This document shows positions 25,450 to 35,181 of a stretch of DNA of 64,000 bases, piece by piece. Under the pieces are notes generated by a model. It did no database searches. It was not told the DNA's origin and saw nothing but the letters and a program-made list of their open reading frames with translations. A program made the position numbers and the translations under genes. Within the stretch, counting starts at the first letter, position 1. Each line of letters starts with the position of its first letter. Origin of the DNA: an uncultured virus (IMG/VR IMGVR_UViG_3300025392_000003) (Duplodnaviria; Heunggongvirae; Uroviricota; Caudoviricetes). The stretch lies in IMG/VR virus record IMGVR_UViG_3300025392_000003, one strand, 5' to 3'.

Positions 25450-26817
25450 CTAAGAGGCTACGCCACAGTCGTAAATAAACATCTGCTGACTAACATTTGT
25501 AATCGCAAAGGATGCCGAGCCCGAAAGTTTCATAGCGGCTTGCCACTTAAATTGAGGCCCTTGACCAAGATTCCAAGTTCTCGGAGTTTGGACAGCGCTT
25601 GGTATTTCCCAAAAGGTTTGTGCGCCTGTAATCGTTATTTGTTTACCATCGTAAGCACCAGTGATATCTATTTTGGTGATTTCTTGATACTTACCGCCAC
25701 CTTGTAAAGCGTTTGGTGCGATTACTCCGATAGAAACTTCGGCAAGGTTGCTACTTGAGTTTTGACCAGAGGTTCCGTTTGTGACACTCACGGTTGGCTC
25801 GGTGGTGATAGTCGCAGTGGTAGAGGCAATAGTTGGGGCTTGGTTGAGCAACTGAATATTTACATTGGACATAAAGGTAGCGGTGGTCGAGCCAAAGAAC
25901 TTGCTATAGGTTCCGCCGCTGAAATACACTTCGTAGGCATTGGTGGAAACATTAGACCACGCCGAGGGTGCGGCCTGCGCTGTCGCCCCAGATGGATAAG
26001 TTCCGGTAAACCCCGTTCCTGTAGTTTGCCAATTACACCCAATAACCTGAACGCCATCGGCTAATCCGAACCCGGTTGCGATAACCGGGCCAGTACGGTT
26101 AATCATATTTGGAACTTCGTTTAGCCAGCCACCTACATTTGTTCCAATAGCGTAAACGCCGTTGTTTGGAAGAGAGTAGGTGTGGCTGTTTGCTACTGGC
26201 GCGCCCGTTGCTGAACCGGTTGGGAAGTCAACCTGAATAGCCTCGGTGTAGATAGTTGGAACGGATAGGGTGGGAACTGTCGCCTGTCCACCCGAAAGGC
26301 TTACGCCTGTTCCGCTATTCAGCAGTTGTGGTGCGCCCGAAATCGTAAAAGTAGTTGTTAGTTCGGCTCGGTAGATTCGGTTAGGCAAGTATGGCGTAGT
26401 GGATACGACACTTGGGAAATTGTGGATTGTGCCACTCGTGGTATTGGTGAACGCACTTGTGTCGGTGTATTCCGTTCCTTTTAGAACCACGACTGGTGAA
26501 CGGAGTTGCCCGATAACTTCTTTCGGCGCACCCGCCAACGAGCCCATAACCCAAGCATCAGGGCCAGAGAGGGCTACCCAAACGGTGTCACCGATATTTG
26601 GAACATACGACTCGGAGAACCGAATACGGTGCATTGGTGTCGTGTCGCCCGCGAGAGTGATACTTACGAATGGATAACTGTGCTTCTTGGCGGTGGTGTC
26701 GTAGTTGGGGTCGTAGCCAATCACCACAGCCATACGGATTTCCGTATTTGGCTGGTGGCGAAAGTCGCCATCGTTCTTGATGAGTTCGGCTAAACGCTTG
26801 AAGTCTGTAGATGCCAT
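25450..26817 (-). CDS. Minor tail protein
   Basis: SYVPNIGDTVWV...WVMG OB-like N-terminus; last tail gene. Confidence 0.65.
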   Translation of the reverse strand: MASTDFKRLAELIKNDGDFRHQPNTEIRMAVVIGYDPNYDTTAKKHSYPFVSITLAGDTTPMHRIRFSESYVPNIGDTVWVALSGPDAWVMGSLAGAPKEVIGQLRSPVVVLKGTEYTDTSAFTNTTSGTIHNFPSVVSTTPYLPNRIYRAELTTTFTISGAPQLLNSGTGVSLSGGQATVPTLSVPTIYTEAIQVDFPTGSATGAPVANSHTYSLPNNGVYAIGTNVGGWLNEVPNMINRTGPVIATGFGLADGVQVIGCNWQTTGTGFTGTYPSGATAQAAPSAWSNVSTNAYEVYFSGGTYSKFFGSTTATFMSNVNIQLLNQAPTIASTTATITTEPTVSVTNGTSGQNSSSNLAEVSIGVIAPNALQGGGKYQEITKIDITGAYDGKQITITGAQTFWEIPSAVQTPRTWNLGQGPQFKWQAAMKLSGSASFAITNVSQQMFIYDCGVAS

Positions 26818-28442
26818 TAGTTGACCTGTCCTTGGTCGTATGCGGCCTGACGGATAGCATCCTTTTTACTACCGTGGCGACGGGCGCGCGCGGTGATTTG
26901 TAGTGGGCTATCAAGGTCGAGTGGAATAACCAATTTGTCCACGAAGTAGGAAACGCTCCCATCGCTAGGCAAAGTTGGGTCAACGACAATACAGTTCTTG
27001 CGATAGGTCACATTGGGGCGGAAAGGCTCGACATTCAGCACCGTATCTCCCGGCGATACGCTTTGCGAAAGAACCACATCTTGCGAAGAGAAGTTGTTTA
27101 ATAAACGAATAGTCGTTCCTGCTGGAAGCGAGGTTGCATTTTTGGGAAGACGAACTGGTGAACAGATAATCGAACTATAAAGTTGGCCCGTATAGACATC
27201 CATTTTGAGGTCGGTAAAGACTGTGGCGGCATCGTAGATACCCAAGTGCTTACGGCGAACCTTGATAATGTCTGCCACATCAAGAGCGGGATTCACGACT
27301 CCCTCGATAGAAACCTGCTCGTCAGCACCCACATACCAGTTGAGGTAAGTGTTAGCGGCGTTCTGAACCTGCTGAATTGTGTATAACTGCTTACGCCCAG
27401 ACTCACGCCCAACGATACGGCCAAGCGGTCCTTGATAGTAGGTAGGCGAAGTTGGGTCATTGTCAATCGCTTCAGCGCGGAGTGGAACGGCGACTCCAAC
27501 GCCTTCGCCAGTCGCAATAACGAAGTTCACGGTCTTGTCGACATTGATTTCACGAGTCACTTTGGTAAGTAGCCCACCATCACCATCTAGGAAACTCCAA
27601 ACTGGCGGTAGCGAGTTCGGGTCGGGAACGGTGCGAAGAACGAACTTGCCTCTCGCATCTACAAACAATTCAGCACCAAGCGCAGTTGCTAGAGCCGTAA
27701 TGTCTTGCCACGGCGAGCCTGATGAGGTAGCACCGTTATAGGAACTACCCATAATTACGGCATCGGTAATCGGCATATCAACTACGCCAGAGAAGTCAAA
27801 CTCTGGTGGGCCAAAAGCGGGGTGAACCGGCCATCGGTTATTGATAAGAATCTTTATGGCTTCCATAATCGTTTGAGCCACATAGGTCTGCTCTGGGGTG
27901 ATGTCAAACGAAGAGATAGCCTCGACTGGAATTGTGTATGGGGTGCGACCTACCGTGACCGGGCCGGTCCATTGGTTTTGAGACAAAACAAGCGATATGT
28001 CAGACCCCTTAATGGTGGTCACGACATTTCCCTCTTTGTCTTCGTCAGTAGAAACGCTAGTGATTCGGAATACGCCCATAGGGATTAGTTCGTAGGCTTG
28101 GTTATCTGGCACAAGCAAGTTTTCTGGGATTGGGGCTTGGCAAGTCCAAAGGGCAGGGTCAATCTGGCTTGAGTTCCAAAGAACGCCACGATAGACATAC
28201 AACTGGTGAGCGTAAACATTGACAGGGCCGTAGGCATCGTAAAGGTCGGGAACGATACTCTCGTCTGTGATGGTGATTTCTACAGTTCGGCGCGCGTCTT
28301 GGGCCGTGTGGTCAACCGTGACAGTTCCCTTTTCGATATTTAGGTTTGTCACTAATCCGTGCGGAGACTTTGCTTTCACCACGACCATAGGGCGATTAGA
28401 CCCCAAAAGGGATTGGCGCAGTTTGTCGCTCATCTTTTGCAT
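26817..28442 (-). CDS. Minor tail / baseplate hub protein (DUF5047-like)
   Basis: GTVTVD...RRT, IPMGVFRIT, ELFVDARG, N.VIATGE, D.DPTSPTY..GPLG, NPALDV.D. Confidence 0.75.
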   Translation of the reverse strand: MQKMSDKLRQSLLGSNRPMVVVKAKSPHGLVTNLNIEKGTVTVDHTAQDARRTVEITITDESIVPDLYDAYGPVNVYAHQLYVYRGVLWNSSQIDPALWTCQAPIPENLLVPDNQAYELIPMGVFRITSVSTDEDKEGNVVTTIKGSDISLVLSQNQWTGPVTVGRTPYTIPVEAISSFDITPEQTYVAQTIMEAIKILINNRWPVHPAFGPPEFDFSGVVDMPITDAVIMGSSYNGATSSGSPWQDITALATALGAELFVDARGKFVLRTVPDPNSLPPVWSFLDGDGGLLTKVTREINVDKTVNFVIATGEGVGVAVPLRAEAIDNDPTSPTYYQGPLGRIVGRESGRKQLYTIQQVQNAANTYLNWYVGADEQVSIEGVVNPALDVADIIKVRRKHLGIYDAATVFTDLKMDVYTGQLYSSIICSPVRLPKNATSLPAGTTIRLLNNFSSQDVVLSQSVSPGDTVLNVEPFRPNVTYRKNCIVVDPTLPSDGSVSYFVDKLVIPLDLDSPLQITARARRHGSKKDAIRQAAYDQGQVN

Positions 28443-28444
28443 AG

Positions 28445-31400
28445 TTAACTTCCGTAGGTGTAGCCGTAGCCGGGTGGTGCGGCTTCTACTGTATCAATCA
28501 CTAGTTCACGATAGGGCTGTGTTGATGCGTAGTGCGTGACCTGAACATCAGTTTGGATAAAGACATAGCGACGCTCGGCTTCTACAGGGTCAATCAGGAT
28601 TAGGGTTTCGCCTGTATTCAGCAGATTGAGGAAGTTAGGCCACTCTGCTTCGTTTTCCCAGATAACGGTGAGTTTGGAGTCACGGCCCTGAACCACACCA
28701 GCGATTGTGTATGGTCGGCTAGAACCAAGTGGGTAGAAGATACCAACAGGGTGCTTCTGCGATTCCTCAACCTTGTTCTGAACGAGGATTGGGAAGCGTA
28801 GGGTGACATCGCTAGAACTAGAAATCCACCAAGAGTTGACAGTAAGTTGGGTCGGCCCAAGCGCAGGGGTGGTCAATCCAGCCACAGGGGAAGTGGAATC
28901 GTTGTTCGTAGAGGTTGCTTGTAGGCGATAATAAATATTCTTGCTAGGTGAGCATTCATAGTCATCTACATAGCCAATGCCCGATGCTGAAATAGGTAGG
29001 TTCTTAGCCTTGCGAAGCGTAGTCCAAGTTGTTCCGTTGTCTTCGGTTCGGTCAATCTTTACGGTGTAAGAGTCGTTAGCCTCGTTGAGCCAGCCAGAGT
29101 TATTCCAAGTAATTGCGGCAACGCGCGTTCCAATTGCTTGCGGGGTGATTACTTCGGTGGACAAACCAGCGGCGGTAGCCGAGGCAAGAGCGCCGAGAGA
29201 GTGGACATACCAAATAGGTGTGGTGAGTGGAACTGTGAGTGAGCCATCCCAATTAGCGGCGTCAATCATAACTGTCTCTTCGTTGGCGTTTCCGTAGTCA
29301 AGGGTGATTTGACCCGAATCGGCCAAGTCATCAACATTAGAAAGGTTTACGAACTTTGCACCGACAAAAGTAGGAACTGTAAGAGTTGCCGTAAAGGTTG
29401 GCAATTCAGCACCTAACTTGATTTCACGAGTTCCCTTGTCGTTGGTGGGGTCAAGAACCCAAAGGGTGTAAGCACCATCCATAGGGGTATTGATTGGAAC
29501 CGCTAGTGATGTGCCAGTTCCAATAGTCGGGTCGCAAGGTGCTGAAATAGTTGGAATTGCACTATTCAGAATCGTGTAGTTGTTTGCCGTTCCGTCAATC
29601 GGAAGAGGTGGGGCTACGGCTTGGAACATAATGTTTGAGAGCGCGTAGATATCACCAGTGACACCTGTAGCGCCCGGGCTCACACTTGCGAGTTGGATTC
29701 GTGGACAAGCACGAGTGGCGTTGATAGAGAGAGTGGCGGTATCGCCGGGGTAGGCGGTGACTCTTGCGTAGATAGTCGTAGCACCAATGCTCGTGTCGCC
29801 AATAGTGACTACCTGAACGCCGTTGGTGGTGGTTAGGGTTGTGCCTGCTTTGATGAAGAGTGTCGTTGCTGATGGGAGAGTAAAGGTTCCCGTAGCCGTA
29901 GTTGCTAGGTCGTAGGCGAATATTGCGTTTGTGGCTACTACTACATTTGAGGGGGCTTGGGCGATAATCGCATTGGGGTAGAAACCCTTATTGCTATCCG
30001 AGTTGGGGTCAACTGTTGGGTCTAGACCCAGAGCCCCAATTTTCACGCCCATAATCGCTGCCGTAGTGGAAACGGTGCTAGTGGTGTCGTAGTGGGTTCG
30101 ACCGTCACTTGTGCCAATAAAGTTTCCTGCCTCGTCATACCAGTCAATAAACATACTGAAAGTTGGAACCGAGTAGGCGATATAGCCAGTCGAAAGTGAT
30201 GCCGTAGTTGATACTGGTTGGCTCAAAGTTAGGGTGTTGCCAGAGATAGCCGTGATAGTCGTTCCTGCTGAAATGCCAGAACCACTAATAGTCATATTCG
30301 CAAGCAGACCTGCTGGGGCTGTGGTGGAGAGGGTAAAGGTTGTTCCACTCGCAGAGGTAGCGCTTAGAGAGAAGTAAGCGCCGTTGATTGATTGGATAAA
30401 GCCTGCTAATCCATACCAGCCAGAGGGTTCTACGGAAGCAGAGTTGGCGCTAGACCAAGCCAAGCCATCATAGATTCCAATTTCGGTGACTCCTGCCGTT
30501 GGACCATTTGCCGTAGTGGTAGAGGCCGATGGCTGCAAGAGAAGTGGGTTAAGGACATCCGTTCCATCTGTAAATTGAGTCGGTGCTGAAATGTGGACAG
30601 GCGTGTATTGGGGGAAGTCGGTCTTTGGCTGGAAAGTTCCAACATAGATACTTCGGCTACCTGCTGGTGTCACAGGGGCGGCAATACTTGTTGCTACAAG
30701 GTTGATAGGTGCGTGGAGAGAAACGTGCGGAGAGAGGTTCGACGGGGCGTAGGCCGTAGCGGTTGAGGTTGGCCCTGTCGCACTTGAGGTCACGGTGAAT
30801 GAGCCGGTAGTGGCAGTAGCGACTGTAAAGTTTCCGTTAAAAGCCTGATTGTACGCCCCAACAATAGAAACTCGCTGACCACTAACAAAAGTGTTGCTTG
30901 CTGTATAAGTGACCGTTGTTCCGCTCCCACTAATAGCCGTAATATTGGCATTCCCCGGCGTGACTCCGTAGAGAACTGTGCCGGGATTCGATAGGTAGGC
31001 AATAAAACTACCGCCAGAAGTAGGGCCGTGACTCGTGATACGAGTTCCAGTCTCAATGCCATCTCCGGCAACTTCCCAGTTTTGATATTGGTTTGCTGAA
31101 ATAGTGGCAGTAGTGGCGATAGTGACACTTTGGAAAGTATCTGTTCCGGCTATCGTATTTGCCGTGACCCCAGAGGTAAAGGGAATAGTATTGCCCGAAC
31201 CTAACGGCCCAATCACTTGTAGCAAGTGCTCAAAGGTTGTGTAGGTATAAGTAAATTGTTGGGTGTACCCAGTTAGTTTGCTGAAACCCGGTGCGGCCGT
31301 TGCCCCAACATCAAGGTTTGCCGACTCTAGGTAGTCGCCCTCGACTAAGTGAAGACCCTTATAGTCTCCTTGACCAATAGTGTTCTTTTGGAAGTAAACG

Positions 31401-34400
31401 AGTTTGTATTTGGATGGTGTTTCCGATGTATAAACTTGGATTTCAGTTCCAGCGGGGATAATAAAAGACGAACTAGAGAGTGGGCCGGTTGATTTAGTGC
31501 CGAACTTTTGGAAAGCCCATCCGTTTCCGATTGGTCGGATATTAAAGGTCTTTTCACCATCGTTTCCGTTAGGGCCTGTTGGCCCTTGCCAATGAGAGGA
31601 CAGAACGGCTGTCATTTTGCTAGAACCGTTAACAAAACGGATTTTTGTTCCTGCTGGTAGAAGTCGTGATGTTCCGACCTTTTGGTTTTTCTTTATGTTG
31701 GTGTCGAAAAGCCCCATAAATCCAGTCACGGACATTTTGATAGGAACGCTCTTTACATTTTGGTATTTGTATTTAGGCGGCGTAGTTGGGGGTAGGATTA
31801 GTTGGCGTGAGCCGTAGGTATCAGCAGTGACCTGACCAAAGGTAGTCCAGCCACCTTGTTTGATTGGTGGCATTGCGTGGACGCTATCAATAGTTGCTAC
31901 TTCAGCAATATTTGAGCGAACAACTTTGGTGGTTGCTTTTAACTTCTTCTGGGCCTTTTTGCCAGAAGTTCCACTTGCTTTTGGTTGCGGAACGGTGAAG
32001 TGGGTGTAGTGGACATTTATTTTTTTGCCCGCGCCTTGTCCGGGTGCGTAGAAAGCATTATTGGGGTCGTGGATAACGACCTTAAGTGGGTGTTCTTTGC
32101 TATTTCCCTTGTGAACAACAAAACGGTTTTTTACAGGGGCAGAACCCTTACCAGTTGCGACAAAAGCGTAATCAGGTTTTGGTCGTGAATGCTTAGTTTT
32201 CTGTGTCCAAGACATATTTGCCGTTGAGCCGAAATAAACAGGTGCTTGAAGACCAAATGAAACGTTGTCTCCCGAAGCGTGGGCCGCTGGCGTTGTGGAA
32301 GCACCGACCGGGCCATATTGGACAGGGAAAGCGCGCTGAAGAATCTTGTATGTTCCACTTGTTGTGGTTTGAGAAACGGTCTGAAGCAAAATGTTTTCAC
32401 TTGTCTTACCAGAGATGTTTCCGCTAATAACGCCTGTTGTTGCGTCAATCGCCCCACCGATATTTACCCAAAAACTCCCAGAAATAGGTAGACCCGCACC
32501 ATTGATAGTGATATTTGTTCCGGCCGTAGTGGTAGTTGCGATAGGTGTAGCAAGGGTTGCATCGGTTCCAATAGGAAGTTGGGTGTAAATCTTGGTCTTG
32601 TCTAGCGACTGCTGAATATGAGTAGATACGAGTCCAACAGATAGTTGGGTATTTGCCGTGTCGTTCGCCGTAATTGTCCAGTTGCCGATATTGCTTGGGA
32701 AATCAGCATTGGCTTCGGAAAGCAAGTTGTCGCTTGACTGAACGATTAGGCGATTGATTGCGTTTTCGCCATCGCTATAGACAGCCAACATTGGAAGTTG
32801 AGGTTGCGCTGGGTCAACTAAGAAGTGCTTGACATTCCAAGAGCCAAACCAAGATTTGTTTTGGAAAGATTTGGATACTCGAACATAGGCGTAGTAAAGG
32901 GTGTTGTCCTTAAAACCGATAGAGGAATCAATCAAAGTTTGGGTAGAGTCATCATTCCCCGATTTTGACCAAATAGGCGTAGATGTATCTGGTGAAAAAC
33001 CAAGACTTTGGTAGGTGGTGTCATCAAAGATACGGACTTCCCATCCGTTCTGTGGGTCTTCGTCAAAGTCGCTGTATTTCCAACCGATAGCGGGCGTTTC
33101 ACCAGCCGAGAAAGTCACGGTATCTGTTGGCTTGATTAGAACATCATCAACCGAGGGGGCAGACCTAAAAACAATGTGCATTCCGAGACTACGGAAAGCA
33201 ACTTGCTTGCCCGGCGGAACGGCGGCCTGAATGTGCATCTGAACTCGCGAGAGAACATCGTAAGTCCACTCGACATTGTTGGGGTCGTTTCCAAACAAAG
33301 AGCCGAAGTGGGTGGTGTAGGCAACGCTTGAGTTGTTGGTGAAAGTGTCCTGCTGGGTTTCTGTCTTGTTAATAGGGTCGTAGAGTGAAAACAACTCTTT
33401 ATCTAGACCGCCGTTCGCACCAAGCATTGTGTAGATAGGCTGAACCGACTGAACGCGCGCGTATCGCCATCCGAGGCCGTCATACATTTGGAATTGGTTG
33501 AGGTCGGGTCGGTAGCAAACATCAGCAATATTTGGGCTCTGGGGCATCTGATACCAAAGAACTTGCGAGTTGATAGCGTGGTTATTCATCATCGGCGTTC
33601 CGAGGATTACCTGATAAGGGGCAGAGAATCCGTCAGCGGCTAGTGAAGACGGTGCTGAAACGGGATAAATCTTCTCTTGGAGACTTCCGGTATCAACAGA
33701 TAACTCGTAAGTCTTTACGACAGTCGCATTAGCGTCGTATGCGTAGTTTGGCTGGAAAGTCTTTACGGAGATTTGCTTTGCTCGGATAGTAGACGCTTTA
33801 TCCACTTCAAGGAGTTGAGTAAAGTAAACCGTGATAGTAGAAGCATTTGGGATAGTAAAAGAACCAGCCGCCACGCTAACTCCGGTTAAAGTGCTTCCCG
33901 AAATGCCGGTGTAAAACACTTCTTTCATAACCTTGTTGATGATTACGCTAAAAGCGCCATTATTGGGCCAATTAGTAGGGGCAGAAGTTAGGGCTAGGGT
34001 CGTGGGCGTTGTGCTGATACTTGTTGCCCCACTTGTAGTGGCTGTATAAGTCTCGGAAAGAACTAGGGAGTCTCCCGGTGAGAGTGGTTCGGTCAACTGA
34101 ACCGAAACAATCGCACCAACGGCGTCGGTGTTGTTCGGCTGGTTAAACGCACTATTCACGACTCCGTTAGTTCCAAAGTTAGTTGGGTAAAAGTTGTAGA
34201 AAGCGTAAAACGCGCTGTAGTAGGTGTATGAACTACCGATTGTTCCGAGGCTCTGACCAGCGGCAAGCGTAATTGTAATACTTGGCGTAGTTGAGGTTGC
34301 TGAAATGCTCGCAATACTTCCAATAACTGTGTCGGAACTAGAAGCGTAAATATTCTGGCCGATAAAAAGATTGCCGGCTAAATAACTAGCCGAACTATTA

Positions 34401-35173
34401 GTGATGGTTAGGGTTGTGGTGCTAACAACTGTCGCTACTATTCGGCTATTGGCAACATTGATACTCGTCTGCCCAGCAACGGCATTGAGTTGGGCTCCAG
34501 CGCCACCGTTTCGCACGATTAAGTCTTGGTAGAACAAGCCCTGATGGATAGTGAGGGGTGTTTTGTCAGCGATTGAGTATGGAAGTGGTGATACTGGCAG
34601 AGAACCGTAGTTTTGGCCGTTTGAGATGTCAATCCCTGTTCCCGTTAGGAAAGCGTGTGGTAATTCCAAAGAAGAGTATGAGCCCCTAGTGTCTAGGTTG
34701 GCGAGGTGAATAGGCGTTCCAACGCCGTAAGAAGCACCAACCGCAGTGGCGAGGTTGATGGTTGCCGAGGATACACTTGCGCTAGTTGTAGCGGTCGTAG
34801 GAACGACATAGGTGATTGTGGAAGCCGTAAGGGTCGTTCCACCTATCGTGAAGTTAAAAGGCGCGGCAATAGGAAGTTGTGTGGTTGCGTTAAAGGTGAT
34901 AGTGGTGTCAGTAGTGGCAACAACTACCGAAACACGGCCGATTTCGGGCAAGGCAAAGTAGCCGGGGCTAGTGGTGGAAACCGAGTTGTTAAAAGCCGGG
35001 AAAACATCGGGGTATGAGGTGGGGAATCCGGCCCGACTTTGGACAACGATACTTTCATCGCCAGCAGAAGTGGGGGCAACGAGTTGGGTATTGATATTGG
35101 GCTGACCGTTAATGCCCGTTGTTAACCACGGCTGGTCGAAATCTAGGTAGGCGTCAGTGGTGATTGATGGCAT
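28445..35173 (-). CDS. 2242-aa minor tail protein (Dit-like C-terminus, many beta-rich inserts)
   Basis: Position after tape measure; WKYSDFDEDPQ, DYE...YYRL FN3-like segment; Thr/Ser-rich modules. Confidence 0.7.
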   Translation of the reverse strand: MPSITTDAYLDFDQPWLTTGINGQPNINTQLVAPTSAGDESIVVQSRAGFPTSYPDVFPAFNNSVSTTSPGYFALPEIGRVSVVVATTDTTITFNATTQLPIAAPFNFTIGGTTLTASTITYVVPTTATTSASVSSATINLATAVGASYGVGTPIHLANLDTRGSYSSLELPHAFLTGTGIDISNGQNYGSLPVSPLPYSIADKTPLTIHQGLFYQDLIVRNGGAGAQLNAVAGQTSINVANSRIVATVVSTTTLTITNSSASYLAGNLFIGQNIYASSSDTVIGSIASISATSTTPSITITLAAGQSLGTIGSSYTYYSAFYAFYNFYPTNFGTNGVVNSAFNQPNNTDAVGAIVSVQLTEPLSPGDSLVLSETYTATTSGATSISTTPTTLALTSAPTNWPNNGAFSVIINKVMKEVFYTGISGSTLTGVSVAAGSFTIPNASTITVYFTQLLEVDKASTIRAKQISVKTFQPNYAYDANATVVKTYELSVDTGSLQEKIYPVSAPSSLAADGFSAPYQVILGTPMMNNHAINSQVLWYQMPQSPNIADVCYRPDLNQFQMYDGLGWRYARVQSVQPIYTMLGANGGLDKELFSLYDPINKTETQQDTFTNNSSVAYTTHFGSLFGNDPNNVEWTYDVLSRVQMHIQAAVPPGKQVAFRSLGMHIVFRSAPSVDDVLIKPTDTVTFSAGETPAIGWKYSDFDEDPQNGWEVRIFDDTTYQSLGFSPDTSTPIWSKSGNDDSTQTLIDSSIGFKDNTLYYAYVRVSKSFQNKSWFGSWNVKHFLVDPAQPQLPMLAVYSDGENAINRLIVQSSDNLLSEANADFPSNIGNWTITANDTANTQLSVGLVSTHIQQSLDKTKIYTQLPIGTDATLATPIATTTTAGTNITINGAGLPISGSFWVNIGGAIDATTGVISGNISGKTSENILLQTVSQTTTSGTYKILQRAFPVQYGPVGASTTPAAHASGDNVSFGLQAPVYFGSTANMSWTQKTKHSRPKPDYAFVATGKGSAPVKNRFVVHKGNSKEHPLKVVIHDPNNAFYAPGQGAGKKINVHYTHFTVPQPKASGTSGKKAQKKLKATTKVVRSNIAEVATIDSVHAMPPIKQGGWTTFGQVTADTYGSRQLILPPTTPPKYKYQNVKSVPIKMSVTGFMGLFDTNIKKNQKVGTSRLLPAGTKIRFVNGSSKMTAVLSSHWQGPTGPNGNDGEKTFNIRPIGNGWAFQKFGTKSTGPLSSSSFIIPAGTEIQVYTSETPSKYKLVYFQKNTIGQGDYKGLHLVEGDYLESANLDVGATAAPGFSKLTGYTQQFTYTYTTFEHLLQVIGPLGSGNTIPFTSGVTANTIAGTDTFQSVTIATTATISANQYQNWEVAGDGIETGTRITSHGPTSGGSFIAYLSNPGTVLYGVTPGNANITAISGSGTTVTYTASNTFVSGQRVSIVGAYNQAFNGNFTVATATTGSFTVTSSATGPTSTATAYAPSNLSPHVSLHAPINLVATSIAAPVTPAGSRSIYVGTFQPKTDFPQYTPVHISAPTQFTDGTDVLNPLLLQPSASTTTANGPTAGVTEIGIYDGLAWSSANSASVEPSGWYGLAGFIQSINGAYFSLSATSASGTTFTLSTTAPAGLLANMTISGSGISAGTTITAISGNTLTLSQPVSTTASLSTGYIAYSVPTFSMFIDWYDEAGNFIGTSDGRTHYDTTSTVSTTAAIMGVKIGALGLDPTVDPNSDSNKGFYPNAIIAQAPSNVVVATNAIFAYDLATTATGTFTLPSATTLFIKAGTTLTTTNGVQVVTIGDTSIGATTIYARVTAYPGDTATLSINATRACPRIQLASVSPGATGVTGDIYALSNIMFQAVAPPLPIDGTANNYTILNSAIPTISAPCDPTIGTGTSLAVPINTPMDGAYTLWVLDPTNDKGTREIKLGAELPTFTATLTVPTFVGAKFVNLSNVDDLADSGQITLDYGNANEETVMIDAANWDGSLTVPLTTPIWYVHSLGALASATAAGLSTEVITPQAIGTRVAAITWNNSGWLNEANDSYTVKIDRTEDNGTTWTTLRKAKNLPISASGIGYVDDYECSPSKNIYYRLQATSTNNDSTSPVAGLTTPALGPTQLTVNSWWISSSSDVTLRFPILVQNKVEESQKHPVGIFYPLGSSRPYTIAGVVQGRDSKLTVIWENEAEWPNFLNLLNTGETLILIDPVEAERRYVFIQTDVQVTHYASTQPYRELVIDTVEAAPPGYGYTYGS

Positions 35174-35181
35174 AGGGTCCT

